Assembly (NCBI RefSeq): GCF_009834535.1
Contig: NC_045696.1
Location: 102,240,001 to 102,300,000 of the forward strand
Source: Camelus ferus
Taxonomy: Eukaryota
Length of the DNA stretch: 60,000 bases
Direction of reading: 5' to 3'
The notes under the pieces are model-generated. The model was given only the letters and a program-made list of their open reading frames with translations, was not told the origin of the DNA and did not search any database. The stretch's first letter is position 1; every line of letters begins with the position of its first letter. Position numbers and translations under genes: made by a program. Positions 12,271-24,930 of this stretch are shown piece by piece.

Positions 12271-12998
12271 CAAACCCAACTAAGTGTCCAAAATTCACAT
12301 TTTTAGAAGTAGAACTAGGAATAAGAGGCTTGTTTCACCTTCAGTTCTCTCCTGGCTCATTCCACATAGCGAAGAGTGCAGCTCCCAGGTAGAGAATGAG
12401 TCATTTAATCAAATACGGGCAAATGGAAACCCAGAGTTAAAAATTGCCCTTCTGTGGGCCTCTGACAGTGCTTCTCTACATTTCCAGACATGCTAGGATG
12501 AGAGAGAGAGTCACACGGAGGACAAGTTGTACTGATAGGTGGTCTTTGACTTAGAACAGTCATGAACTTTGGTAATGAGTTGACTTCATCATGGGAAGGT
12601 AAAGGGAAAAGTGAATCACACAAATAGGAAGGCAGCAGTGGGTGGCATTTTTGCAAAGCATTTCTAGGAGTTGGGAAGCACTTTTCCTTCTTTCCCATCA
12701 AAATATCAGTAGCTCTACTCTGAGAATGGTGGCTTGTTTTTAAAACTTGGATATCATTATTTTAAACAATGCTTTATTTTACAAAGAAGATTTCGAGAAA
12801 AGTGCAAAGTTTTAAATAGCCATGTTGGGATGTGAAGTATCTGCCCAAATAACCTTGTGCCTTGATGGTTTTCTGGGTTTGGCACCTTCCATGTTTGCTT
12901 AGCTGTTGGATTGGAGCTGCATTAAAAATTGAGGCCAGCAGTATGGTGTGTAATGTGAGGAAACCCAGAATTTGGTGCTACCTTATGATACTCTAAAG

Positions 12999-13211
12999 AA
13001 GGGAGTCAACAGACTATGGCCTTTGAACCAAACCTAGCTCACACGAATTTTGTATATAAAGTTGGAGCATAGCTGTACCCCTCTGTTTACACCCTGTCTG
13101 TGGCTGCTTTTGTGCTACAAGGATAGAGGTGAATGTTGCAACAGAAACCATATGGCCCGCAGAGCCTAAAATTCTTACTTATCTGGTCCTGTTCTAAAGC
13201 ATCTTCACCCT
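12999..13211. mobile_element. MER58A-like hAT-Charlie MITE
   Basis: agggagtcaacagactatggcc ... gtctgtggctgcttttgtgctacaa ... gaaaccatatggcccgcagagcctaaaat match the remembered MER58A consensus. Confidence 0.85.
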
Positions 13212-13439
13212 CTAGAAGGAAATCAATAACCCCATCACATTAATGGAATTGACATTATTAGTTTAATTCAGGGAATAAAGCTAACATTAAGAACATTGGG
13301 TTTTCCACTAAAATGCTGTCTTAGCTTTAAAATAAGGAGATTGCTGTGTTAGATGGTTGTGTAACGGAATCACAGATGCTCGACTCAAAAGTCGCTTTAT
13401 ACCTTTCTAAGACCTTCTGTGAGCAATGTTTTGAGACTC

Positions 13440-13630
13440 AAAGCCAGGACAAGACAGGATAAGCATTCCTGGTCTCTGTCTGCAGATTAAAAAAGAGAAG
13501 GAGAGAGAGAAAGACATGCAGAATTTGGGTAGCTTGTTCACAATCTGACAACCGATTAGAGGTGAAATTGAGACTTGAACCCAATCGGCCTCTTGACTTT
13601 GAATGTAGAGCCTTCTTCTCTGTATGACAC
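13440..13630 (-). mobile_element. MIR SINE, diverged
   Basis: gagacttgaaccca...cttgactttgaatgtagagcc resembles the reverse MIR 5' part. Confidence 0.55.
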
Positions 13631-14344
13631 CACTTCAGATTTACCCTCAAGGTCATGAGAACAAAAGTTAAATCAGAACTGTGCTTTTTCTAGGCCAGGC
13701 CCACTCCAGCATGTCTAACACTGCCCTCATGCAAACCTGACCCCCATCCAGTTCACAATAAACCACATACGAGGGCGACACCCCTCCCAGCTGCAGGCTC
13801 AGTTTCTATGCTGTGCCCAGTCACCTCGTCAGAATGTAAGAAGGATCAGGGGAGCTCACCATGTGCAGGGCTGTATTTTTCTTCAAAAGAAAATGCTCCA
13901 GACCAGCCTTTGCTTTTCTGCATGGACTCTGATATACCATACTTCACTCAGGACCTAAAGTTTAAAATCTATTTGCCAAGAAATAAAGAATTTAGAAGGT
14001 CAACTTAAGGTAACGTGAGCCAGAGAAGGAGGTGAAAAGCAGATCAAATGACACACCGTCTAGCCTTTTCTGGGTGTGTGGGCACAACAGCTGCTGAAAC
14101 CGGAAGAAGTAGCCAACCCCCTTAAGGAATATTTGCAGCGTAATGTGGTTTAATGTTCTTAATTATGCCTAGAGTGGTTTTGGTCGTCCAGTAGAAGCAT
14201 GACTTTAGAGGCTCTCTGGCAGAATCTTGTTGTTCATACCTTACTAAAAATTTAGATGGAGTCTTTTTTACATAGCTCAAAACATTCTTCAAAGAGTCCT
14301 TTAGAGAAGGTAAACAACAATGACCCTCAATCTAAAATGGGAGT

Positions 14345-14485
14345 GTGAATTTATTCACATATTCAATCCATCCATCACGCAGCTACTCATTCAGCAGTCA
14401 CTCCCTGACAGGCTCTCTTGGGGAGGTGTTTGAATGAACAAAGACAAAGATGTGAGCCCTGCCCTTAAGGTGGCTTGCGGCCTAA
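14345..14485 (-). mobile_element. L2 3' end fragment
   Basis: attcaatccatccatc ... atgaacaaagacaaag ... ccctgcccttaagg. Confidence 0.55.
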
Positions 14486-14693
14486 GAGAGAGAGAGAGCT
14501 TGGCTTTGGGCCAAGCTTGGTCCACCAAGACCTCGCATCACAGATGGTTCAAAGGCCAATCAAATAAGAACCAGAATTTCTGTCTTACTCAGTTACACCT
14601 ACCATTTGACAAATCCTTTTCTGTCATCATTACCCTCACCTTATGCATGCCCCTTTGACACTGGGCAGAGGAGAGCTGGTGATGCTTTCCAAA

Positions 14694-14889
14694 CAGAAGT
14701 GGATTTATTTGTAAAGTTAAAGAAGCTTGAGCTTCAGGCTCCTTCATGTCCCCCTTCCAAGACCCTAAGATGGGTCCTAGCAGTGTGTCTTGGTGGCATA
14801 TAAAATTTGTAAGATGTTTTGTATCATTTTTCTTAAAGAGAGTCCCCAGTGTATAAGTTTCAGTCCCCATAAAACTTGAATCAGACCTG
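14694..14889. mobile_element. MER53-like hAT MITE, full length
   Basis: CAG...CTG ends. Internal gaagcttgagcttcagg, ccccttccaag, ttttcttaaagag, gtataagtttcag. 8-bp TSD tttccaaa/tctccaaa (7/8). Confidence 0.85.
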
Positions 14890-15199
14890 TCTCCAAATCT
14901 GGATACACGCGGAGGTGACAGTGTGCAGAGGGGTCCGGCTGCACATGACTTCGCTTGTGGTGGTGGGCCCACACTACTTGCAGAGAGCACTGAAGCAAGG
15001 GCATGGAGCTGTGTAGATGGCTGCGGTTCAGCAGTGTTTCTGAGTAAAGGTCACCCTACTGCTACCTTCACCACCTCTATGGCCGCCTCCACTGTTGGCC
15101 CCTAGAGCCAGTTAAACTAAATGAAGCGACTGTCAGGGCCCAGGTTGAATTTCTTGCCTAGCACAGACCCTACCCAATTTGTTTTGTATAGACTAGTAG

Positions 15200-15222
15200 T
15201 ACACACACACACACACACACAC
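15200..15222. repeat. (CA)n microsatellite
   Basis: ~11 CA units read directly. Confidence 0.95.
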
Positions 15223-16659
15223 AGCCTTGGAACTTGAAAATGAGGAATAGTCTTAAGGTCAGGAGTAGAGTGGTCTCTCTGCTCTCTCTGTCTTGAGAAG
15301 CTTTTAATAATGCAAATTCTGTTTTTGGTAGCTAGGTTGCAGCTAAGAGTCAATGGGGGAAGTTTACCATGAGACATTTTAAGACCTTCTTTAAATTCAA
15401 GGCCAGAAGTTCGTAACTGCTCTGCTGTATCGTGTGACACCCAGCACAAAGGGCTTAAGAGGAACGCTAAGCTCCCCTGAAACTGTTCCTGTCGCTCTCA
15501 GCACAGCCCTAGTTAATGCCTGGAGTGAGCTGCCCCGCCCAGCGCTCAGCTCCCTTGAAACTGAAGAGGCAGAGCTCTGTGGTTTAAATTAAAGGAGGAG
15601 ATGTGCTTTGCACAAATTAGCTTTCCTATTGATGTGGTGCATATTACAAAGATCAGGCCTCTTGTTTTAATTCAAATCCATGTGCTGCAATTTTTATTTA
15701 ATTTAAAACTAAATAAGAGCCCGGGAGTTGCTGGAAGGAGGGGAAATGCCAAGCCCAGTTGAGCCCTGGCAGCCTTCTCGAAATCACTGTTACCCGGGCC
15801 TGTAGCCTGCTGGGCTACAGAGGCTCCGTGCGGAGCTGCTGGGCTGATCCAGACAGAAGGGAGGCCCAGAAGTACCGGGCAGGTTGAAGGAGGAGCCCAA
15901 CAGTGCGTCAAAGAACATGATTCTCCAATTTGTCCACTTCTGCACCTTGAAGAGACATTGCAACCCTGATGTGTCCTATCACGTAAACTAGGAAGAGTTT
16001 TACCCAGGAGAATCTTGACGGCAGGGGACGGAGATAGTATAAAACCTCATCCGTGAGCTGGCATAGCCATAAAGACAACAGCACCCACATGGCCAGTCTC
16101 TGCTGCTGATGTGGTTTGTCATTCACTTGGTTGTCCACTGGCGCTCAATAGCCTTCAAATAGCTTCTTTCTCAAAGAACTAAGAGAAAGTCATGGAAGAA
16201 AACCTTTAAATTAAGAAAAATTTCCCATTAGCATTCACTTTTACCCCTTAATGATGGGAAGACTGCCATTACTATTAAAGTTTTGGGAACACTATGCTCC
16301 ACATAGAACCCCAGTGTTCTATGGAGGGATGGCTTAAGAACCACTGCCAAGGTATAGGAGACCACATTTCTCAGTGTCTTTTTGGTGAGCCACCAATCAG
16401 GCCCTGAACAGAGCCAATTTGGGACTTTGACCAAAAAGTGGTTTTCCCCGGTTGACACATCAGTGACAGCCAGGAAGTAAACATAAGTGAAATTCAGGAA
16501 AGTGATGATTGAAGGTTATTGTTTCAGCAATGCCAAGAACAGGAATCTGTATCTCTGACTACTCACATTAGTGGAACCCTATTAAGCCACCAGGACTGTC
16601 CCACGACAATTACCAGCCACCATGTAAAAGGGGCACTTCCATGCTTTCTTGATCCTTGA

Positions 16660-16790
16660 AACCCCAAAGTATGGTCCTGGGACCAGCAGCTTTGACATCA
16701 CTTGGGATCTCTTTAGAAGAACTAAGTCCAAAACTGCCTTCTAACAAGATCCCCAGGTAATTTGTGTGCACGGGCAGGTTTGAGAAGCAC
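16660..16790. mobile_element. MER5A/MER5A1-like hAT-Charlie MITE, short or internally deleted
   Basis: caaagtatggtcctgggaccagcagc ... taacaagatccccaggt ... gtttgagaagcac. Confidence 0.8.
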
Positions 16791-17059
16791 GTCCCAGAAC
16801 ATAATCACAGTTCGTGGTTTCTGTCCTGAGCCTCTCTCATCAATCCAGTCCTCCTACCTTATTCTGTTTTGCTTTAGACCCTCCTGGAGGCCAGTCTTGC
16901 TTCTTGTTTCTCGATTTGCCAATCTGATCAGCACAACAATATTTATTCAGTTACCAAATCTCTTCCAGTTCCTTTAGTATGTGGCGGTCTTTCCCCCATT
17001 CACTCGGGTTCTCACTCTGCCCAGACCCCTCTCCATGCCCATCCACCTTCACTCTTTTA

Positions 17060-17370
17060 CTCAGCCAGTTCCTTGTATCCTTCAGATGTCGGCTTAGACA
17101 GCACTTCCTGTAGCAAGCTTTGGTCACTCCTGCAGGCCGCATGGATTTCCCTCTCATCAATTTCCATAACACCCAGTCCTTCTCCTCTCCTATTACCCTT
17201 CACATTCTACCATGATTTTTGGTTTGCCTGCCTGTGTGCCCCTCTAGACAGGGAGCTTTGTGAGGCCATATGGTTCTCCATCTGGTTCACTCTGTACAGC
17301 ACCCAGCACACTACTTGAACCTGAGTAGCCTTCCAAAAATGATTGAAGGATGACTAGGCAAATGAATGAA
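17060..17370 (+). mobile_element. L2 3' end
   Basis: ctagacagggagctttgtgagg ... cccagcaca ... ending aatgaatgaa. Confidence 0.7.
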
Positions 17371-18704
17371 CAACCTACAACATTGTCTGCCCAGCTAAAT
17401 TTGTACATTTCATTAAAATGCCACTTAAGGACTATCTATTTCTGTCCTATCAGCCCTGGAAACTTCCAGGTCCAGAATGGGCCCCACAAGCAACTCTCAG
17501 ACTAGATTTGCCCAGTTCTACAGGTGGAAGCTAAGCAACAATGAATTTAAGGAAAGGGATCAACAAATAAAACCTTTTGTTTTTGAAATGAGGGAAAGTA
17601 TTTTTCACCTACTTACTCTGGCTAAAAAAGCCTTCCCTGAGTGTTCATAACAGTAAACACTGTTAACACTTCCTCAAAAGTGGCATTCGAATATGAGAAT
17701 GTTTTTCAGATCTTTGTTTGCTTTGTGTTGGGGGGATGTTTTTGATTTCCAATTAAAAATTTAAGATATCATTAAATACCCTGGGACTTTTATGTGAGCC
17801 AAGCGATTTGAATCAAGAATTGGGCTAAACCTAACTTCAGCTTAAGGAAGAGGTTTCTTTAAATGTATACACAAGGGTTATCTGAGAGTCTGAGTTCTCT
17901 AAGCAACAGGACTCTTTCTCTCCTTCTCTCTTCCTTTGTTCACACTTCCAGAAAGAGACAGCCCAGGTGAAACCGTCACGCTGTCAAGCATTTCTTGCCA
18001 AGGCTACCTCTCCACAGCCCGCTCCCCCAGCATCCAGTTCTCTGCGGGCTTCAGTGCTATATCTCCTTCCCGCTCTGGATATATCTTGTGCAACTGATTA
18101 GGTCACTCTCTCTTCCTTACTAGTACAATGCCACTAACCAGGTAATGAGGCACAAGCTCAGGACCTTTTCTCCATCAGAGGAGATGAACTTCCACCTAGC
18201 CCCTCCCCCTCTCACGTGGTACCCACTGTGGCCTGGGGTGGGCGTCCGGGAGCAAAGTGGCTGATTGGAGAAGGTCTTCTGAGGTCTTCAAATGGGACAG
18301 GGTTAACCAGCTTATGCAGGAAATGAATCATGAAAAATGTTCTAACCAGTGTATCAGGCAATCACAGAAAGAGGCACCTCGAATAATGAATAACCATGCA
18401 CAGCATTGCTGTGACAAAGTAGGCAAGCATGCTAGGCCCATGTGAATCACAGATCCCATTAAGTCCTCATAGTTTTGAGTGCTGAGAAAATTTTATGTGA
18501 TTATGGTAAATTCAGAACATCTGAGAGTTAGCTTCGAACTGTGGCCAGCCCCAGAGTTTCCCCCTGCTATTAGGTCAAAATTGCTTACTCTCCACTTGGT
18601 TCCAAAATAAATTTACAATAAAAGTTATTAGCTCTTGCATCTTTAAGCAGCAAATTGGATTGTGCTATTTGGCACACCACAATATTTTCTAAGTAGAAAC
18701 TACT

Positions 18705-18900
18705 GTTTTGGTGAAATGCAGTGAGCTCAGGCTTTGAAGTAGGCTCAGCCATGTGGAGAGGTTTAACCCTCTGTGAACCTCAGCTCCCTTGGCTGTAAAA
18801 TGGTATTTACCTCAGATGGTCAATGTTGAAAACCAGACTTGAAAATACGTATAAAATGCCTGGCACAGGGACTGCCAGTTAGGAAACTTTCAACAGTTGG
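18705..18900 (+). mobile_element. MIR SINE
   Basis: aggctttgaagt ... ctctgtgaacctcagctcc...tgtaaaatgg ... aaaatgcctggcacag. Confidence 0.7.
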
Positions 18901-19898
18901 GAGTTTCCATCACTTTCTTTAACCACCTAAGATGAGATTACCATTAGGGCTTCACAGAGACGTGATTCATATACACTCACAACTGCTCTCAGAAAAACCT
19001 CCTATCAGAGATTAAGGTTTTCATTCTAAAGAAGGTGTGACTGTCAGATCACTGCTAAGGACCTAGTCTGAGGCCGATGATAAGTGCTAGTGACACACCT
19101 GTGGAAGGCAAGACCCAAGGCTCCCCCTCCCCTGCCCCCACCCCCCATTTAAGGACAATTGTTTGTGTTCTTTCAGTTCCAGCATTGACGTAGACCTGGC
19201 ACTAAGACACGAAATGTTGTAACTCAAAGTACCAGTTTTTGTAAGGAAAATATACTGTAGCCCCTTCTGGGCCAAGTTGACACGTGCAAAATGTCACTAC
19301 CTACTCAGACGTTTATGGAGTGTGAAAAAATGTCAAGACCTTATAGATAACCCAACCACGCTATATAGGGAGGGAGTACAGTCAACGAGAGCGTGTTAGC
19401 CCCTCAGAGACACTTAGTAATAAAAAGAGACAACCCAGAATGCTTGTCACCTCTCCCTGTGTTTCAAGTATAAGGTCTTAAGAAGATAAAGGAAAATAAG
19501 TATTTTTACCATTTAATTCAGAAGGTTAATGTGTACATTTCAGTCTTTCAGGATGTCCAGAGTGTCACAGATAACCACAAATATCTGACTGATAGTTTTA
19601 ACCAAATTAGTCTGTCGATTGAGGCAAACAAATGGACTACATTATTTCCCCGTTTTCTGCCTGAATTGGCTTACTAATTGCTTGCTTGTTTTTGACATTA
19701 GGTAGACATAACCTTAGAAAACCATCAAGACACACGAACCAAGTTCAAAAAATAAGTCTGTCTGTTGCCAGGCATAAATCCCTCTAATTCTGCCCTCAGG
19801 TTCTGTGGATAGAGTTCAGAAGTCAATAAGATTGACTCAAGTAAATCATAATGTGCAAATGAGCAAGAAGCAGTTACATTTAAAAATACCTTGTGCTA

Positions 19899-20075
19899 CA
19901 GGGAAATATATACAAGATCTTGTGGTAGCTCACAGCAAAAAAAAAAAAAAAATGTGACAATGAATATACATATGTTCATGTGTAACTGAAAAATTGTGCT
20001 CTACACTGGAATTTGACACAACATTGTAAAATGACTATAACTCAATAAAAATATGTTTTAAAAAACTGAAGGAAA
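19899..20075 (+). mobile_element. Young 5'-truncated L1 3'UTR insertion (cetartiodactyl/camelid-type)
   Basis: Perfect 17-bp TSD aaaaataccttgtgcta (19882-19898 and 20076-20092) at a TT/AAAA endonuclease site. Ends acaacattgtaaaatgactataactcaataaaa plus an A-rich tail. Confidence 0.92.
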
Positions 20076-20686
20076 AAAAATACCTTGTGCTAAATGTCCA
20101 TAGGGCCATTATGTAATTTAGGAATTTTTGGCATTTGCTCTGATATATTGGGAACATCCAAATGCTGTTTGGGCCACCAAGTTCTTCCCAGACAGACCAA
20201 ACATCTGTGTGTAGGGCTGGGTCCCAGCCCCACTGCCCAGCCCACCACTGATCCTCTTCCCAAAGCACCAGGAACTTTTAGAGCCCTGTGATTACACATA
20301 AGGGCAGGAGACACAGGGGCAGGTGCCCTGCCTGTGAATAATAACCTTGATCTCCCTTTACAGGATCCTCCCTCCCACTCACCACCTACTCCCCTCAGTG
20401 CCTGAAAAAGGCCACTGGGCTTTCCTGGAGCTGTTTTAAATTCCACCAGTAAACGTGAAAGCATGCATGTTAACGAGAATTTAGAATGCACACTCCTTGG
20501 GAGAATTGTGTGCTATCCTTCCTCAGCAGATTTCTTCCTGCCGGTTGTTTTCTTCCTGGCAGGAAGCTCATTTTGGCTGCAAGCACAAATGGGAGGTTTG
20601 ACTGGAAAGTCATAAACTGATCGTTTTAGAATAGGGTCGCCTGGGCTGGGGTGTGGAGGGCACCCTGATATCAGTGATGCGGGAAA

Positions 20687-20732
20687 GGGAGAGAGACAGA
20701 GACAGAGACAAAGACAGAAGGCACAGAGAGAA
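20687..20732. repeat. GA-rich / (GAGACA)n simple repeat
   Basis: gagagagacagagacagagacaaagacaga. Confidence 0.8.
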
Positions 20733-20929
20733 TTGAGGAGGGAGAGCAAAGGCAAAACATCTATTTCAAAATGTTGCCTCAGGTTGATCTTCTACCTAGG
20801 AAAGGAGAAGAAAATTTTCTTCTTTGCATCTTTCCTGAAAATTCAAATTCTTAAGATAGCCATTTTATTAAATCTCTGTTACAGGTTATATATTCAATCG
20901 GGGGGATGAGACACAGATTGAATAACCAG

Positions 20930-21065
20930 CCATACCATTTACTATGTAACCTTGGCCACGCTATTCCTCCTAGCCCATATTTCCTCATCTGTTAAGAAAA
21001 TATTCTGATTCTACAGGGACATGTAGGGGAGAAGGATGTAGGGTAGGTAGGTGTAGAGAGCCTTA
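20930..21065 (+). mobile_element. MIR fragment
   Basis: ccatttactatgtaaccttggcca ... tttcctcatctgt. Confidence 0.6.
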
Positions 21066-21695
21066 TGATAGGCTGAGCTGCTGGAACACACAGACTCTCT
21101 AAATTCATTTGTTGAACCATAGTGTTGATCCTTTCTGGTTCAAGTCACAGGCCAGGGTGGATATTAATATGGGGGTAGGGAGCGGATGCCTCTCCTTCAG
21201 GTGGTGATTCAGGTATCACCAAGCTCTTCTACCTTCTGGCATCATAATCCCCTAAGTCAAGGGTTCTAAAAGTGTGGTCCCTGGAGCAGCAGTAGCAACA
21301 ACACCTGGGAACTTGTTAGAAATGCAAATTCTCAGGCCCCGCCACAGACATGCTGGATCAGACACACTGGGGGTGGAGCCTAGCAGTCTCAGGTTGAAAA
21401 GGTTCTCCAGTTAATTCTGATGTAGCTAAAGTGTGGGAACCACCACTAGAGGAATTCATCATGTTTGATAACTGGCTGGGAGAAAGGGAGAGAGACTGCA
21501 ATAGGAACAGCTGCTTCTTAAAAGCCTAGCCCAGAAATGACGTACATCACTTCTGCTCTCATTTCACTGGTGAGAATCAGCCAGATGGCTATTCCTAGCT
21601 GCAAGAGATGCTAGAAAATATAGTTCATGCAGTTATAGCAGCATGACATGGGTGATAAAAATAGGTACCAGTGGATGGATAGCCATCTCTGCCAA
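21066..21695 (-). mobile_element. Old MaLR LTR (MLT1J/K-like), interrupted by MER5A
   Basis: gcccagaaatgacgtacatcacttctgctctcatttcactgg ... ctagctgcaagagatgctagaaaatatagt ... tctctgcca are typical of reverse MLT1K. Confidence 0.7.
21258..21445. mobile_element. MER5A hAT-Charlie MITE, full length
   Basis: ggttctaaaagtgtggtccctgga ... cacctgggaacttgttagaaatgcaaattctcaggcccc ... ctaaagtgtgggaaccac. Confidence 0.92.
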
Positions 21696-21772
21696 AATAG
21701 CCTCTGCAGTAGGAACATTATCAATATTCATAACATTACCTCTATGGGGAAAAGCAATCCAGTATCTATAAA

Positions 21773-21982
21773 CTACGGTCTCTCAACCCCAACAACTATT
21801 GATATTTGGAGCCAATAATTCCTTTCTGTGGGGATTGTCTTGTACATGGTAGCAGCACCCCTAATCTCTACCCATTGGATTAGTTGTAGTACCTCCCACC
21901 TTCCAGCTGTGGACCATCAAATGTCTCCAGACGTTGCCAGATATTTCCTGGGGGACAAAGTCACCCAAGTTGGGAACCACTG
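21773..21982. mobile_element. MER20 hAT-Charlie element
   Basis: ctattgatatttgg ... aaatgtctccagacgttgccaga ... ctgggggacaaa ... gttgggaaccactg. Confidence 0.9.
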
Positions 21983-22904
21983 ACCTAAACAGACACAGAC
22001 CTTTGGAACACATCCTGGCCATTTTTGGGTACTGCTCACCGAATGTTGACTTTCTTCTGATCTCTGTTAGCCTTTGTCTTGAAACCCTCTGTTGAAGATT
22101 TCAGCTAGTGGCAAGGATTATTCCACAGTTTCCTATCACATCCCCATGACCCATATAAAAATAAGCCTCCAAAGCCAGAGGCATCTATGCATGTTAACTC
22201 AGAGCTGTGACAGAGCTAATCCTAATTACAATTACCCTTCCTGGCTGCCCAGGGTGTCCAAAAACAAACTTTATTTAATGAAAAAATACACTGAATTTAT
22301 GTTGCATTCCTTCTCAGTGGTCTTAGTTTAAATGATTCAAGTTCAGGAAGAGAGATGGAGAGAAAGTTCTGCTTGCCTAACACAGACTGAGTTTCCAGGA
22401 AAACTCAATTTATTTTTGAATGCAGAAGGCTTTTTCACTGAAACAATCTGTTGGCTTCACTTCCATGTGATAAAACGATGTTGAACTGAAAATGGGACTG
22501 TGTAACAAGGTTGTACAATCTTGGAAAATGTACTTTGAAATCAGACTGACATTTTTGCTGAAAGTAGTTACTCTTTGCAAGGTCACGGGACTTCAGCAAG
22601 TGTAAAAGCAATACATTAGTCAATTGTAGACCCAAACTAGGGTTTGATTTATCAGATTAATGATAAGAATGTGTTAAATCTTTGGAATCAGCCCTCTCAC
22701 AGTACTTGAAGTAAATGGAAAAAGGAGAATTGCAATGGATTATATCCCAAATGGAAAGAGAGTCAGCAAAATAACCCATCTTAGGGACATTTCTTTTAAA
22801 GAATGGGTCAGTTTCTCAGGGACATTTCTGCATCTCTGTCGCACTACTGCTCGCTTTCCTTTGGGTTCCAGTTCGGTTTCAAATGCAAAATATGGCCTTT
22901 CCCT

Positions 22905-23240
22905 CATCGTTCATTCATGCATTCATGCAGTGCTTAGAGAGGGCCTGCTCTATGACAGGCAGCATCCTGGCCCTGGGCCTGCTGTCACCAGGCTCGCTTT
23001 CTTGTGGAGGGACACAGGTCTTAAAGGTTAAAAAGTAAACATATAATTTCAGATGGTGATAAGTGTAGTTATAGACATGCAAAAAAGACATGAGTTAGAG
23101 TGGGGGGCACTTAGATGGCATGTTCAGGGCAGCCTTCCTAGGACTGAGATGAGGAGGAGCAGTCGGGGGCAGCCTGGGAGGAGCCCTCGAAGTGGGAGAA
23201 GCAGCATGTACAAAGGCCTTGAAGCAAGATCAAACTTGCT
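22905..23240 (-). mobile_element. L2 3' part
   Basis: Starts ttcattcatgcattcat. Contains tcagatggtgataagtg and agcagcatgtacaaaggccttga. Confidence 0.8.
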
Positions 23241-23309
23241 TTAAAATAAAATTTATCTTTTCACGCTTTCAAACCAAACTTTCTTCCTATCTTCCCACTC
23301 TCTCCAGTA

Positions 23310-24235
23310 AAAAGATTGTACCCTCTCCCCTGAACTCCAGATTCTTGGATCCAACCACCCACTCAAGTTCTCCACTTGTATGACTAATAAGTATCTTGGA
23401 CTTCACATGGCCAGAACATAACCCTGGACCTCTCCCTACCTTACACCCAAACATGCTCCTTTCACAGTTTCCCCCATTTCTTCCAGTAGCTCAGCTCAAC
23501 TCCATTAGCTCTTGGAGTTCTCTCTTCATCTCATACCCCTCGTCCAACCCATTAGCTTGTGGACCTTTGATGTTATTCCAGCATTACCACGCTACCAACC
23601 TGTTCTGATTCACTTTCACTTCTTCCCTGGATTAATGCAGCAGCACTGACCTCCTACCTCTGTCCTGGAGGTCTGTTTTTCATAGCAGAGCCAGACAAAA
23701 CCTTTTAAACATAGAATGGATCTTATCACTACCCTGCCAAAAACCTTCCAAAAGTATTTCATCTCAAAAGTCTGTTGTTCTAAGAGCCCAACATGATCTG
23801 GCTCAGTTACCAATTTGGCATTATCTCCATCCACATCCTTCTCCCACCCCCCACATGTATTCCATTCCAGCCACACCAGCCACTTTGCTGCAACTTGAAC
23901 ATGTCAAGTACATCCCTGCCCCAGGGCCTTTACACTTACTATTCCAAAAGCCTGAAATGTCTTTCTTCCAGATATACATGGCCTCTCCCTCATTCTATTA
24001 CAGTCTATGCTCAAATGTCACTTTACCAAAACAGCTTTCCTAAACACCCCTACCCTTCACATAAACACAGTCTCTATCTTCTTACTGTGCTTTAGTTTTC
24101 CTCATAGCACCTTCCATACTTTTTTCTTTTCTTTTCTTTTTTTTCAACTAGTCTGGAAGCTCCTTTAAGGCAGAGACTTTCTTGACTTCTTCTGTCCCCT
24201 GGAGCCTGAATAAATGAAAGAATGAATGAATTTAT
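23310..24235 (+). mobile_element. L2 (L2a-like) 3' ~0.9 kb
   Basis: ctctcccctgaactccaga ... cccagggcctttacact ... tgctcaaatgtcac ... aatgaatgaat tail. Confidence 0.88.
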
Positions 24236-24281
24236 ACATGAATACCACCATCTAATATCTAGAGGATCTGAAACTACTGTA

Positions 24282-24930
24282 ATCATTCAATTCAAAAGCA
24301 TTTGCTGAATTTCATGTTTTGGGTACTATGAGAGATACAAGAACTGTGTAAAGAAGAAGTAATTCCAACCTTTTAAAAGATTAAGAATTAAGGATAAAGA
24401 AGAAATCACATTAAGCTACTGACTCATCTCAGACTATCATTGAATAATACGAGTGGTGTGAGCAATATGTTTTATAGGATTTCCAAGAAACAGAAAACAA
24501 TATGGACTGGAGTATTCCTGGAAAACTTCATGGGATGGAATAGAGGCAGAAAGAAGTAAAACAAGGGGTTAACGGTGGGGTCACAGCACAGAGGCAAGGA
24601 TAACAATTGTTTATGGAGAGAAAGGAAACCACATTGTTGGTATGAAAAGTTCTCAGTGGACAAGAGGAGGTAGACAGGAAAAGCAGAATGTAGTTCTGAT
24701 TGAAAGGTTTCTGTGGGCTATAGGAAGCCACTTGTGGTTACTGGGTCAGATCACAACCTCATACAGCTAGAGTTTGAGGAAAATGTTCAGAAGGACATCA
24801 ATAGTCTAGAAGGAGGAAAGGATGGGGGCTGTGAGGCCAAGAGACCAGAATGTTGGTCAAGGGCACAGTCAGAGGTCATGAGAGGTGATGGGCCTTAGAC
24901 CAAGGTGGTACAGAGGGAAGGGAGAGGAGC
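24282..24930 (-). mobile_element. L2 (L2c-like) 3' part, diverged
   Basis: cattcaattcaaaagcatttgctga start. Contains aggaagccact and gaggtgatgggccttagaccaagg. Confidence 0.65.
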
